Below, in pieces: positions 24,576 to 38,013 of a DNA stretch of 64,000 nt (the first letter of the stretch is position 1; each line of letters begins with the position of its first letter). The notes beneath the pieces were generated by a model, which saw only the letters and a list, made by a program, of their open reading frames with translations, ran no database searches and was not told the DNA's origin. This DNA comes from Utricularia gibba (Eukaryota; Plantae; Magnoliophyta). A program made the translations under genes and the position numbers. The stretch is from positions 682,001 to 746,000 of the forward strand of contig NEEC01000023.1 of assembly GCA_002189035.1 (NCBI GenBank), in the 5' to 3' direction.

Positions 24576-26246
24576 TGTTTCTGAGAGTTCAGTCTGTTCT
24601 ATTGTGCTCTACATTCCCATTCCTTGTGTGTATATATATAAAAAGAGGAGCTGGAAGAGGCTGTATGTAGAGGCGAGCGTGATAGCGAAGTCGGGAGCAA
24701 GGACAGACAAATGGGAGCGGACGAGGAAGATGCACGAGCAGCTGATGTGATTCTGTTCCCTGATTTTGTGACTACTTGCATGGAGAAGAAATATCCCTTG
24801 TATGTTTTTTTTTTCTCCATCTGATAAAAAAATATATTTTCAAGCAAAAAAATGTTTTTTTTTTTCTGGACATACGGAACTGCCACTTGGAAAAGCAAGC
24901 CATGTGTAGACAATTAATTGGTTTCGGTGGGGACACCCCGCAGCGAGTTTGTAAGTTGCAACCGTAACTGCTGCCGCCATCAATAGTTTTATGCCTTGTC
25001 GCACGTGCTACTGTCGGCCCACCACGTGGCAGACGTATATATGACGTCATCAACTGGCAATGGTTTATGAAGAGGATGCTTTGTAAATAATCAAATATCG
25101 CAGAAAATTTTTACCCTCTTATAAATTGTTTGTGCGAATTTTTATAGTCCGACATTAAATTATTGGAAAATTCATTAATTGTTTCAAATAATGATCACCA
25201 TACGCAATTTTGGAAAAGATTAGGTATGCATTAGCAATATGCCGTTCATGGGTTTCAGAAAGTGGTTTTATTTTATATAATAAAAAAACACGTTTTTGTA
25301 GACAAATAATAAAATAATGGGATATTTCATAAATGCATTCCAACGTAACGGATTTCTGTTGTTGGACAAAGCAGACTGATTCGAGGAGCCGTAGACATAC
25401 ATACCACTCACGTTGTCACGGTCCAAAAAACAACTCGCGACACAGTGCAGTGCACCCATTCGGACACGCGGTGTCCACCCCTCCCAACATTTAAATCATA
25501 GAAGTTATTACACATTACTCGAATGCCAGACGCTTGTGTTTGATTGATGCGTATAATCCCAAGCTTGAAATTTCGAGCACAGATGAATTCTATTTTTTAA
25601 TATTTCATAAATTTCAAAACCGAAGAAATTTAAAAACGCTTATCATTTTTAAAAAAGATGGAGAAATCTGCTTTTTATTTTATTACATGAATTTCTTGAA
25701 AAGTAATTATCAAGAAATAGAATTAAAAATAATCTTAATCAAAATCAAATAATACTTTTAAATAGAGCTACATTATTATTTTTAATTGTATTTAAATGCA
25801 TTTTTTGAATTATAGTAAACTATTTTTTTTAATAAAAATAATTTCAATCCAAGATTTATCAAAATTAAAACTTTGTTAAAATCACATACTATCAAGATGA
25901 CCTTTTTGTTTTAATTTTGCAGGGAATCAAATGCTCTCGGTTTTTATTGGGTTGGGCTCTTGGCTTTCGCGTAAAACCAGGTTAATATTGCCCATTATAG
26001 AGGAGTATTTAAACTATTTTTAAAATGCATAATTAAAATTTTATTTCTAGAGCGGAATTGAGTAAAAGGCGTTTCTGCTCGGTGCTGGTGTTCTCTGTTA
26101 CCATTCTGTTTTCCTGGGAAAAGATATTCAGCGGAGGAGACCGTTCTTACCGGCGACCGAGTTCGTGCCTGTGACGCTTCTATCTCAGTTTCCGATTCGC
26201 TGATTTCCGGAAAAGGCTCCGGGACTTCACAATCTGGAAAGGGAAG

Positions 26247-27285
26247 ATGCATTCCTTTGCTTACAGAGCCAACGCTCTGCTCACTTTCTCCCTCACTGTT
26301 CTCGCGCTAATGTGCGCCATGGCATCGTTCTCGGACAATTTCAATTCGCCGTCTCCCACTTCAGAAGTCCAGGTAAACTATAATTTCTGATTTTGAAATC
26401 TTGTTCATGGTTGGTTCTTTTACCCCTTTAATAACCCTAAGCAATTGCATTGTTAAGGTACTGAATTTCAATTGGTTCCAGAAAAGACCGGATGGTGACG
26501 ACGAGGTAACTCATCCGATAAACTTTTGGGATTTTTACGGTTCTTATGAGTTTATTCTGTATTTCTTCAAGCTGTGAGCCATGGACGTGCAAACTTGATT
26601 ATTAGATCATCAGACATAGCTGGGTACTTGTTGATGGCTTATTCTCTGCAGGTCAGCCTGACACTGAATGTATCAGCAAACTTGCAGTCCCTTTTCACAT
26701 GGAACACGAAACAGGTTTTTTTTTTTTTCACGTTTCGTGAAAGCCATTTCCTCATTTTGTTCTCCCAGTCTAAATTTTATCTGGGGATGAACTTGCTTGC
26801 GTAATGATAATCATGCATTAAAAACCTTTGTGCTATTTGCAGGTTTTTGTATTTTTAGCGGCTGAGTATGAAACTCATAAGAATGCCCTCAATCAGGTAT
26901 AATGAATCAGGTGTTCATTGTATCTGTGAGCTCTGCACTAGTTGGGTTTTGATTCCGTTGGAAATTGTGATGCATTTTTACAGGTGTCTTTGTGGGATGG
27001 CATTATACCTTCCAAAGAGCATGCAATATTTGCGATTCACACTAATAACAAGTATCGATTCGTGGATCAAGTCAGTGCCTCCATCCATCTCTGCTATTCT
27101 TTTAGTGCTGTAGCTATTTCTGATTTTTTTTTTTCATTCTTTTTTCGACAAATGTTTAGGGTAGTAACCTGCGCGGAAAGGGCTTCAACTTGACTTTGCA
27201 CTGGCATGTCATGCCCAAGACGGGAAAGATGTCTGCAGATAAGATAGTTATGACTGGTTTCCATCTGCCTGATGACTACAGATGA
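26247..27285 (+). CDS. SPCS3: Signal peptidase complex subunit 3 (SPC22/23), 6 exons
   Basis: [44 protein letters not shown] and [10 protein letters not shown] motifs, all in frame. Confidence 0.95.
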
Positions 27286-27677
27286 GAAGAACTTTGCGTA
27301 GAGAATTCATTGCTAGGTTGGCCGCCTTGTTTGGTGAATGGAATCAAAACTTGCACTGCATGTTACTTTCATATTTGCACTTGAGGAAATTTGTGATGAG
27401 GCATTGCAGTTAAAGGCGTTTGCATGTAGACTACCCAAAGGCGGGGAGTATCCCAAAATGCAAAGCTCTTGGTAAAATCGTTCAAATGACTGTTCAAAGG
27501 ATCAAAAGAACAGGTAATCTATTTCTTCACTGCCCGTAGAAACTGATGAATCAACAAGACAGATCACAAGCATGCATAGCGGACAACACCGGCATGCCAC
27601 ACCAGAAACAAAGGCTTGATTTCTACCTTATTTTACAAACCAACGAGACACACATGCGTAGGAACAGAGTGTTGAGG

Positions 27678-30080
27678 CTAAGAGACGCTTTTGGAGGAGC
27701 CAAACCAGAAACATTTGTCTTTCATGGCTTCTGCATGATTTCCGTATTCTTTGAATATGAACTCATCTTGCGTGGAAGCTGAAGAGGGAACTTTTCCTTC
27801 GCAGTAACACTGACTGCACAAGCTGAAGTGTGATTTAGTCTCCTTGAAGCGCAGACCGATGATGGGGTACCGACATGTAGCACAAACATGTCTGTCATGG
27901 CGGATTCTGTCGCACATCTCGAGTTTCACCAGGGTGGACAGAATGCTGAAGCCCCATTCTTCATCGTCAAACATTGTGACGAACTCGGGCGCAGTGATCA
28001 ACCTGTCATCTGTTTCTCCCCGTACTTCGAGCATTTCGCTATTCCCAGGGAGGGAGTGTAAATAGCCCTCAACAGTTTGATGTAACCTTGGGCCTCGGAT
28101 TTCTGAATCTGTGAGCTGCCTTCATTCACAGCGCGCCAAGCAAGGGAGTCGTATGCTGCTTGCTTCCTTTTCTCCACAGTGCCACCGCAGAGAGGGCGAT
28201 AACCGCAAAAAGCATGCCTAAATCTACCCTGCCCGACTCTGAATCGTCCAACACAGACAAGATCTTCTGGTTTATAGCTCTGATGGCTCCTACAAAAGTT
28301 TCAGGCTTCAAAAAAGACAGCAGCTTGCGAAGCACCTCCTCCAATGAAGCCTTGCGTATTGACTTCTCAGGTATACCACGACCCGAATAAGACACTGGCA
28401 CCTCTGTTTCCCTCATTTCCTTCTTTACAAGCTCAATATCACAGCGGTTTAGTCTAGTGACCCTCTGGAAGGCTCTGACCTCCAATGCCAGAGCCAGTAC
28501 TTGTCTCAACGAGGTTTTCTCACCAGAGGTTTTAAATCTCGATGCATCCACGGTAACAAATGCTGGCTCAACATTGCCATTCCCACTTCTCCTGGATTTT
28601 CTCCTCTGCAAATGTTTCAAGTGTGATATGGTGTCATGCAGTTCTACCCGGTTCGTCATTTTTAGAGCTTCCTTCAGAGCTTTCTTCACTTCCTCAGTTT
28701 CTCCTGCTCCTAATGATGAGACTGCCTTGTTCAGCTGTGCTCTCCAATGGTTTGGCCACACAGCCAGAACTCTAGTATACATCTCTGAGGCGCGTTGATA
28801 CCTACCCATATCCATGTACAGCCCACCCAAATTGTACAGTGCATCAGCATGCCCAGGTTTCAGATCAATGGCCTTCTGGAACTCTTTGATCGCGTTTTCG
28901 TCGTCTCCCATGGCATGCAAAGCGGAAGCCAAATCGCAGTGTGCATCTGCATAATCATTCTTCATGTAAATAGCCTCCTCTAAGGCCTTGACAGCAGCCT
29001 TGTACTCACCAACACCAAACAGAGCACTGCCCAGAAGCTTCAGAGCCCTGAAATGCGTGGGGCACAAGATGGCGGCTTCTCTGTAGTGCTCACAAGCACT
29101 CAGCACCATACCTTCACCTTCAAGTGCAATTCCCAAGTTTACATGAATCTGAGGCAGCAGATATGCCCACTGAGTACCACCGGTCTCTGCAGCATACAAA
29201 GCCTGTTGGAACTCAGCCTTGGCTTCAGTGTGCCTCCCAAGAACATATAAACAATTACCAGCTCTGAAATGTGGCTTCACGTCTGATGGATTCAACTCAC
29301 AGGCCCTCTTGAAGCACACCAAAGCTTCCTTATACAGATAATGTTCATATAACATGCGCCCCATGGCCATCTGTCCATCAAGAGCCTCTGCTCTTACTGG
29401 TGCTCGATCGGCTCTCGATCTCAAGACTCCCAATTCCTTCACAAAACTAGCATAATCAGCTCCAGACTCATCCCAAACGAACCTATTTTCTGAAGTTTCA
29501 GTAGATGGACCGAAATCCCTGGACCACCCTGGATCGGAAAAGGCATCTGAATTATCATTCTTTATCTTCCCATCCTTCATATGCTTTGTCCGCAGCCTCT
29601 TAATCAGAATCTCGAGATCATCAACAAGCTTCCATGTGTCATCAAACACAATGCCATGGTTAGGAGAAGCGGCCCACGCAGCCGTACGCTGGTCCTTGTG
29701 AGGTTCCACTGCATTTTCATCTACAATTGATGACGAGGATGCTGCCTCTTCTGATGCTCCAGATATACCAATCTTGTCTTCCAGCGGCTTAAGCTCCAAG
29801 CCGAGAGCATCAAAATCTCGGTCCACATCACCGGCTCCATCGTCATAAGTTCGAAGGAGGCCCTCAAAAGTGAGCCCCTTTTCGGCATCGATGAATCCCC
29901 GTAGGTTCGAAAAACTTCGTCAAGAATGGCGCTTATTTGCTCGTTGCTGAATTTCACCCTGGGGTTGACCGCCACCACCAGCGCGGCCATCTCCTCCCGG
30001 TTAAGGCCACCATCCCTGTTGGAATCGAATTGTTGGAAAATTCTCTTCACCTTCTCCGATCTGCTTCCACGAGTTGTCAT
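27678..30080 (-). CDS. EF-hand + TPR + C-terminal ZZ-type zinc-finger protein, intronless; three apparent 1-bp shortfalls (~29897, ~28195, ~28041)
   Basis: MTTRGSRSEKVKRIFQQFDSNRDGGLNREE EF-hand, multiple TPRs (ADAHCDLASALH, DALYNLGGLY), C-terminal CATCRYPIIG..CSQCY. Resembles At1g05150/At2g32450 from memory. Confidence 0.92.
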
Positions 30081-30852
30081 ATTGCTCTTCAACCCCCTAA
30101 TCGCTTCTAGGGCTTCAAACCAACCAATGTAGTGCAAAATCGAAGCCTTCAGGGAGTAATTGATTTGGGGATAGGAAATGAAGAAGAAAAAGCAGGGAAA
30201 TCAGGGCGGAAGATTTGAAAGCCAATTACCCCCAAATCCAATCGCAAAGCCCTTGTAGAAATATCAAAAATTGCCATTTCGTTGAAACGAAAAAAAAAAA
30301 AAACAAAAGGGTAATCAGAGAGTTCGTCGACAGGGGAAATTCGAAATGAACGCAAAGGGCTTAAATTGGAATCGAAATACCCAGATGCTCGATCCCAAAA
30401 AGACGAAGAACAACTGGAATGAAGAATATACCCCCAAAAAAGATGGAAACTTTCGAACTGGCAGGAGCAGATAGATGAGAAAATTGATGAGATGCTTCCC
30501 TGGCACACCGGAGTACCTCCAAGTTGAAGTGGGTGGTGCCGAAGCGGAAATTCCAAGGCACTGTAGGGTGTGAGGAACCAAATGAAGGCGTGGGCCACAA
30601 GGATACAACTAGGCTCACATTTATTCCACCAAGTAACACGAATCTCTATTCCTTCTTCTGCTCATTTTTTGTGTTGTGTTCTATTCAATTCCAACTGATA
30701 ACAGAAGCCTTGTAACTGCTATATTTCAATCTTCATTGATCGGCCCGGGTTTTAAAAACATCAGAAATGATCAAGACTCCAGTTTAAAATTGCTTACAAA
30801 AATTATCACAGGATGTATACATTGAGGATAAAGGACCAGAAACACATCAAAA

Positions 30853-32268
30853 TCACTCATTTTCTTTGCACTTGTGGAGTGCGTAGAACTCCAGCATTTC
30901 TTCTTCCAGAGGGTGAGTTTCACCAACAATGACCAGGCAATGCAACGGCGGGCCAAAGTCCACATCCAGAAGCTCCTTCATCTTGCCGGAAACTATCCTC
31001 TGATCCTCCGAACCTATCCGTGCGAGCCCAACACAATTGGTGTCTTCATTATACACTGCAGTAATGGACAGGCCATGAGCATTAAGGTTTTAAATCATCT
31101 GCTTTACCACTGGAACCATGCTACCTGCTTTCCTATTATTTTCTTCCACCTCTAACAGTTGTTGTATTGCAGTTTGTATTGTCATAAACCTTGGGGTTTC
31201 GTATACCTTTTTCCCTCTGAAAGTCAAATTATAAAGGAGAATGTGTAAATGTTACACAGATGCAGGAGGAGAGTGAGTTATTTTGTGATGACACTCGTGA
31301 ACTTCAATGCTTACCTGCACAATGACTCTAGCGAAGGCTCCTTCACTCGTATATCTGGTTCAGAAAAGCTGCCCAGTGAGACTTGCATCTACATGTTACT
31401 ATATGTGCATTGAACTTTACCTAAGAGGCAGAGAGTGTGCAATCCCTGAGCCCTGTTCCATTTTATCCTATCATAAAAACTATCAGGCCTCCATGATTCT
31501 GTGAAGAAGGGAATGGAAACAGCCTCCCCAAAGCGATAGAGCTGCAGGCCACACACCCCGACTGCATTCATAACTGATGCATTGTGCACCACTTTAACAT
31601 CCACTCCCAGCTTCTTCGCTCGGACGACAAGGTCAGTGTGTGTGGTAGCTCTGCAATTGATCTTGAAGTTAGAACAGACTGTTCAACAAAAACCAGCAAG
31701 CACAGAGCGTTTCAGGTGTGCAGAAAATCACTATCGTTTAAACAGTGTTTTGTTACAGTATCATGAGACTAAGATGATTTTCTTATTTGCCTATGAAATT
31801 AAGCTGAATTACCTAATCTGATCAACAAAAACAAAACACAACACATCAAAACACTAAAGTTAAACTGATTCAAGCAGAACTAAAGGCGCACCGTACCCGA
31901 AAGGATCACCAACAACCAAAAATGCCACATCGGAAGACCGGGCTTCCACGAGCATGCCATCAGATTTTTCCTCAACAAACTCCCTGTCCGCAACAACTAA
32001 TGGCTGCCCATAAAGCTTTTCCTGTAGATATTCATAAAGATCGAACCTTTATACAGAAAATAAGTTCACAAAACACAGTAAGTTGGCAATTCAGGAAACA
32101 AGAAACAGATGGAGGTACCAAAGTGGAAAGCGCATCAGGGACGAGACCAAAGGAGAGAAGAGAAGTATAAGCCTCAATGTAGACCTTGCTGCATTTCTTG
32201 ATTGCTTCAAGTCCTCTCAAAGTTATATCCTTCTCATCACCCAACCCCAATCCAATAACATACAACAT
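30853..32268 (-). CDS. DPH5: Diphthine methyl ester synthase; one extra base in run 31213-31216
   Basis: [71 protein letters not shown] and [21 protein letters not shown] motifs. Confidence 0.96.
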
Positions 32269-32464
32269 TCTCCAAAACCCTAATCCTGAGTCCAAAATCG
32301 GATTCAAGCATAAACCTCCTTCCCGAACCGAAAGGAAAAGAAAGCCTATAGAGTTGGGCTCTTCGTTTAGGGCTTCATCGCTTTATGGGCCTCAATACAT
32401 CTTCACTTCAGCGATTTGAAACCCAGAACCCGTTTCACAATCAAGTGTGCCCGCAATGTTGGAT

Positions 32465-32520
32465 TACAGCGGCCCAATGATGGATTTTGGGTGGAATACA
32501 GCGGCCCAATGTTGGATTTT
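32465..32520. repeat. Duplicated 24-bp unit TACAGCGGCCCAATG(A/T)TGGATTTT with site II (GGCCCA) in the DPH5/AP2S bidirectional promoter
   Basis: Two near-identical copies ~32 bp apart; further TGGGCY motifs at ~32353 and ~32386. Confidence 0.7.
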
Positions 32521-32649
32521 GAGCTTCGTATCTTTAGGCTTGTTCATGAGCTTGTGTTCCTTCGACTGAGCAATTTGGATTGTCGTGGAGCCATTAAGGA
32601 TTGATTCCTCCCATTGTGGAGTGAAAAGGAACAAGGATCTTCTTCGATA

Positions 32650-33709
32650 ATGGTAAACCGTCGATTATCTGTTTCTCAATTTCTTAGCTGCGCGCTTCGA
32701 TTCGTTAGCTTCAATCTGGGGTTTTTGATGCCGCAGATCAGATTCATGCTGTTGCAGAACAGGCAGGGTAAAACTCGCCTGGCGAAATACTACATTCCTC
32801 TGGAGGAATCTGAGAAGCATAAGGTTGAGTACGAGGTAAATTTTAGCTTGTTCGGCGTCCTATCAAGGTCTCATGCTTTCCCTATTTGATGGCTTGGTCG
32901 CCACTTTTGATTTGAATTTTTGTAACTGGTGCTTCCACTGCTTCAGGTTCATCGTTTGGTTGTCAATAGAGATCCCAAATTCACCAACTTCGTTGAGGTG
33001 ATATATTCATCCTTCACAGTGTGTGCTGATATTAAGATTTTTTCCTGTCTAGCAACTCATCTCTTAGAATGTGTTGCGTCTTTTGGTCACCGTATTTGAA
33101 GTGGTGTGCTCCTTGTTTTCTTATTTGCCTTACGGTTTTTCGTTGCTGTAGATTTCATCTGGACGGTGCAGATGTCTTGTTCACTAAATGAACATTCTTG
33201 TTTTGCAGTTTCGAACCCACAAAGTTATCTACCGGAGATATGCGGGTTTATTCTTCTCACTCTGTGTAGACATCACAGACAATGAGTTGGCCTATTTGGA
33301 GAGCATACACTTGTTCGTTGAGATACTCGATCACTTTTTCAGCAACGTATGTGAACTTGATCTGGTCTTCAATTTCCACAAGGTTTGCTTCTGACAAAGG
33401 CATCTCTGTTTCGTTGTCTTAATGATTTACTCCATGGAAACTCGCTTGCTCTCTGCATCAAAAGCAGTCGAATCATCTATTCCATGCTCTTCGGATTATC
33501 TAAATCTTGTGTGTTTCCTTTCCGGTCGAAGGTGTATCTGATATTAGATGAGTTCATACTTGCTGGTGAGTTACAGGAGACCAGCAAAAAGGTATTCTTT
33601 TAGTTATCCGGGATTCTTGTTCTCTGTTCCGAGTAAATGGCTGTAAAGTGCTATGTGGAATCTGTAGGCGATAATTGAGAGAATGGGAGAGCTGGAGAAG
33701 CAAGAGTAG
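32650..33709 (+). CDS. AP2S: AP-2 adaptor complex sigma subunit; first coding exon is the ATG alone
   Basis: M|[70 protein letters not shown]. Confidence 0.96.
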
Positions 33710-33914
33710 GAACATGGCATCAAACCCGATCAGGCCATCGTATCATGTAAAAAGTCGTTCACTTTTCATCTTGTTTGATAATCAAGTATTCAAAAGACCA
33801 TAGGATCCCACCTATCTGCTGTACATTGATCTGTGTCTACATCAACACTACACCTTTCATTTGCAAAACTGATGGCCGAAAACAGAAGGTGTTGGTGGTC
33901 AGGTGAACACACAG

Positions 33915-34313
33915 TTAGAAGAACCGAAAGCCCGAGTGAAACGAGGGGTGGTAATGAGCCATGATCAGCAACAGCAGCAGCACCAGAATCAGAGGCACAG
34001 CCGTGCTCCAGTCCTCTGGGGTCGTCTCCTGCAGCTCAGGCAACACCCCCATGTTGTACTGGACACATCTACGGCGGAGGGCCACCGCGCTGGACAGCAG
34101 AATCACTACCAGCGGCAGCAGAATGAGGCCGGTCTTGATTCCCGTCCTCTTACTCTCAATTCGTTCTTGGAACTCCAGGGAGGATGCCAAGTACAGCAAA
34201 GCTATCAACAGCAGGGAGAACACGAGCAGTGGCAACGGCGGCGGAGATATGGAGGCGAGGGCCTGGTCTCTCCAGCTTATGCCCGACGTTCTCCCTCCCA
34301 AGAACCACCCCAT
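33915..34313 (-). CDS. Uncharacterised small multi-pass membrane protein
   Basis: 132-aa ORF with three hydrophobic segments (PLPLLVFSLLLIALL; LILLPLVVILL; VPLILVLLLLLIM). Confidence 0.75.
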   Translation of the reverse strand: MGWFLGGRTSGISWRDQALASISPPPLPLLVFSLLLIALLYLASSLEFQERIESKRTGIKTGLILLPLVVILLSSAVALRRRCVQYNMGVLPELQETTPEDWSTAVPLILVLLLLLIMAHYHPSFHSGFRFF

Positions 34314-35280
34314 TTCTTCTTCGCGGGATGTGGAAAGAGATGCGGCGTGTGAATATAAAGGCTGACGTCTCATGGGAATAACTACTTTCTCAAATGGAAT
34401 ATTTATCCCGATGGCTCTATATTCGAATCCCGGTTCCCAGTGCAGGCGTGTCTGACCTTGAACATGACACGTGGACGCCTGGAAGTTCTCAATAGCGAGC
34501 CAAACCCAAAATTTCTCACTGGGCTTCTGCTTTACCTACGCTACGCATCCCCCCTGCGAATAGCGCAGGGTACGGTCCGGGCCGGGCCCCAATACGGGCC
34601 TGGGCACGCGGGCCATCAAAAAATTATTAACAGTTCGGTCGGTTTACTTTTTTAAAAAAAAAAAAGAATCAACATATAATTATTATTTTGATATATAAAA
34701 ATATATTAATGACTATTTAATTACACATTTGTGGGTTATTAAATTTACTCAAATTACAATGAAAAAAAACAAGGGTAAAACTCGAAAAATTGAACCCAAG
34801 ATAATGAATTAGCTTCCGTTTGATTCATTAGTCAGGACGGTTTATATTGAGGAAGAAACATGCCCACCTCAAATGTAAAAGCAGCCATTCTATTTTCTAC
34901 CATGTTTCCATGTATATATATATTTATTAATTGGAGGTGGATTAGAAGTCAAGTACCGGAGATGGGCACAGCGGATCTCCTTTGCATACAAATAGAAACT
35001 ATTTTGTGGCATGGCGCGGGAGGGCAGACAAAGAGTCCCGAAGAATAAAAACCCTAAAGGAGGGGGACTCCTCGCCTCGCCCAGGCGACACGTGGCAAGC
35101 ACAACTCCGCCTCTAAAACGAAACGAAATTACGCAAAATCTCATCCAATCCACTTCCACTACGCCCCCCCAACTCTTTCCATCTTCTTCTCTCTTCTGCA
35201 GTTTTCTCTCTCGATTTGCCGCCAGTTGAAGAATCCTGCTTCCGCTGAATCCTGAGGGAGGGAGGGGCGCTTCGAAGAGA

Positions 35281-35984
35281 ATGGAGCAGGGGGATTTGTT
35301 GTCGGCGGATGAGTTGGAAGTCGCAGGTATCCTGTTTGATCTTCGTAAATCGGTTTTGTTGTTGGAACGGGGACCCAAATTGGTCGCCTGGGGCCGAAAG
35401 AGGAAGAGATCATGCCCTGCGCCGCCGCCCGCGCAAACAATGCCACAACTACAAACCCACTGGCCTAGCCCCGATACCCCTTTGCAATTCTCGCCCAGTG
35501 ACTGCGATGCCAATCAGCCGGCTTCATCCGAGAAAAAGGTATCTTCTTGCGCTATTGATCCGTGGATTTACTTTGATGCCACAACGCGTGGCTACGTGAT
35601 TCTTTTGTCACCGTTTTCCTTTGTCAAAGAGGGGAATGCTGTGCGCTGACTCGAGTTTTCTGATAGGTGACTCCCCGTCGCCACCGCGAAAAGGGGGTGG
35701 AACCCGGCGAGGCTCAGCCGTCTTCCTCTCGGGAAGACGACGGTCAAGGCGGAGAAAACGTGGGCCGCTGTGACCGACCCGGGCTGGTTAATGGGCCTCG
35801 CGCACATTTGATTGATCTCAATGTTCCACCTTTCGAGGAATCCCTGCCGTTGGATTTCCCCGCCATGGCCATCCTCCATCAACGGGCACGATCTGCCGAG
35901 GCCAGGAGGTACAGGAAACAAGTCCTCAAGAGAAAAAAAGCCTTGCGAACTAGAGTCAGCGGTGCAGTGACACCCTCTAAATAG
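35281..35984 (+). CDS. Uncharacterised plant protein (At4g32030-like from memory), 2 exons, with DLN EAR-like motif
   Basis: ELEVAGILFDL, WGRKRKRS, SPDTPLQFSPSD, IDLNVP and RSAEARRYRK motifs; GT-AG intron ~35539-35667. Confidence 0.75.
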
Positions 35985-36224
35985 TATCTAGTTTTTTGTT
36001 TGAAATCATTCTATTCTTGTTGCCTGGTTTTGGTTGTTTTATTTGTTGTGATTCAATCCATTCAAATGAGCCCTAGGCCCCACAAACTTCAACTTGTGAA
36101 ATAGCTCTTGATCAACATCCAATAGAATTAAATTATTGGATGTATTCTAGAAAATTATTTTTTAAAAACATAAAGTTTTTTTGGTTGTTTGTTTTCGGGA
36201 GCTAACGATTACGGGGATGATGCT

Positions 36225-37845
36225 ATGCGAAGAACAAGTTCCTATCTTTGCGTTCGTGGGAGGTCCGTTTGCTTGGCTTCCAGGTGTCGGAGGGCCACGT
36301 TTCCGCCACAATGTAACCATGCCCTTGATTATGGAGTGCCGGAAATGATGTCACGGGACAGAGATTTGAAGTTCAAGGATTATGATGGTTTGTTATCCGA
36401 TGCCGTCAAGTTCAGGTCTTTGCGAGGGGGGCAATGCGTGCAAGCTCATATGATCAAAACCTTTTACCTACCCTCGCTGTTCCTCCGGCACAAGCTGATT
36501 TCGTTTTATCTGAAACTCGAGTCTCTGAATGATGCAAGGTTGGTGTTCGAGGAAATGCCTGAGAGAAATGTTGTGTCCTGGACGGCCATCATATCTGGGT
36601 ATTCTAAAAATGGGCTTCCTTTGAAGCACTCGGCCTTTTTATTCAAATGCTAAGATCAGGTATTCTGCTCTGCTCATGGCTGCAGTTTACTGCTCTGTAG
36701 ATTTGCTCTTTTGGTATGAGCTGTAACTTAAAAATGTGACAGGTATTGATCCCAATGCTTATACTTTTGCGACGGTTCTTGCGTCATGCGCGGGAGCTTC
36801 TGTTCTCGGGTTTGGAATTCAAGTTCATGGGCTTGCAGTAAAAACTCCTTTTGAGCTCCATATGTACGTTGGTTGCTCGCTCCTTGATTTGTATGCCAAA
36901 TCTGGCAGAATATATGATGCTCGACAGGTGTTTGATGCAATGCCTCTGAAAGATGTAGTTTGTTATACCTCTATTATTTCAGGCTATGCTCAATTGGGTC
37001 TTGATAGAGAAGCACTTGGGGTGTTTCGCGCGTTGCACGGACAAGGAATAACTTCAAATTATGTTACATACGCCATTGTTCTAACGACGTTATCTGGGAT
37101 TGCTTCATATGACTATGGAAGGCAAGTGCATGGCCATGCCCTTCGTTTCGAACAGTTTCATGTGATCCTTGAGAATTCTTTAATAGATATGTACTCAAAA
37201 TGCGGAAACCTCGAATCTGCTAGGAAGGTTTTTGATACCATGCCTGAAAGAACAGTTGTGTCTTGGAATACAATGCTCGCGGGCTACAGCAAACACGGTG
37301 ATGGAAAAGCACTACTTGATCTGTACAACATGATGAAGGTAGGCAGCAATGGAATTAATCCTGATAGTGTTACTCTGTTGACTGTTTTATCTGGCTGTAG
37401 CCATGGTGGGATGGAGAAAATAGGTCTTGAAGTCTTTGATGAGATGACTGCTAAGTATGAGCTTCAACTTGGAGTAGAGCATTTTGGCTGTGTCGTTGAC
37501 TTGCTGAGTCGAGCCGGCCAACTGGAGAAAGCGTTGTTGTTTATCAAAGAGATGCCTGTTGAACCAAATGCAGCTATATGGAGTTCTCTTCTGGGGGCTT
37601 GCACCGTTCACCGGAATATTTCAGTTGGTAAAGTTGCCGGAGAGAAACTTCTTGAGATAGAGCCTGATGTTGCAGGACATTACATTAATCTCTGTAACTT
37701 ATATTCTGGTGATGGAAGATGGGAGGAAGTGAAGAAAGTGAGGCGGTTGATGCAGGATAGAGGTGTACTGAAGAAGCCAGGTAGTTGTTGGATTCAGTTC
37801 GGGAGAAACTCTCATTCAAATGATGCTTCAAATCAAACAGCCTGA
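36225..37845 (+). CDS. PLS-class PPR protein (At3g13770-like) ending after E domain/PG box; intron 36660-36742; 1-bp shortfall at 36620-22
   Basis: Repeated [11 protein letters not shown] / [11 protein letters not shown] / [14 protein letters not shown] motifs, E domain (LLEIEP..NLCNLY) and [10 protein letters not shown] box. Confidence 0.9.
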
Positions 37846-38013
37846 AATGACCAAGAAGGTGCAGGCAGGCTGTCACAATATCTGATAAACAGTTGGATTG
37901 TATTTAAGTGGATACAGATTTTGCCTTAACAAACCGAAAATTACTACATAATCCAGAAATCGCAAACTGCAGGAAATAGGATAGATAAAGTGATGACAAT
38001 GTTTTTCTACGCC

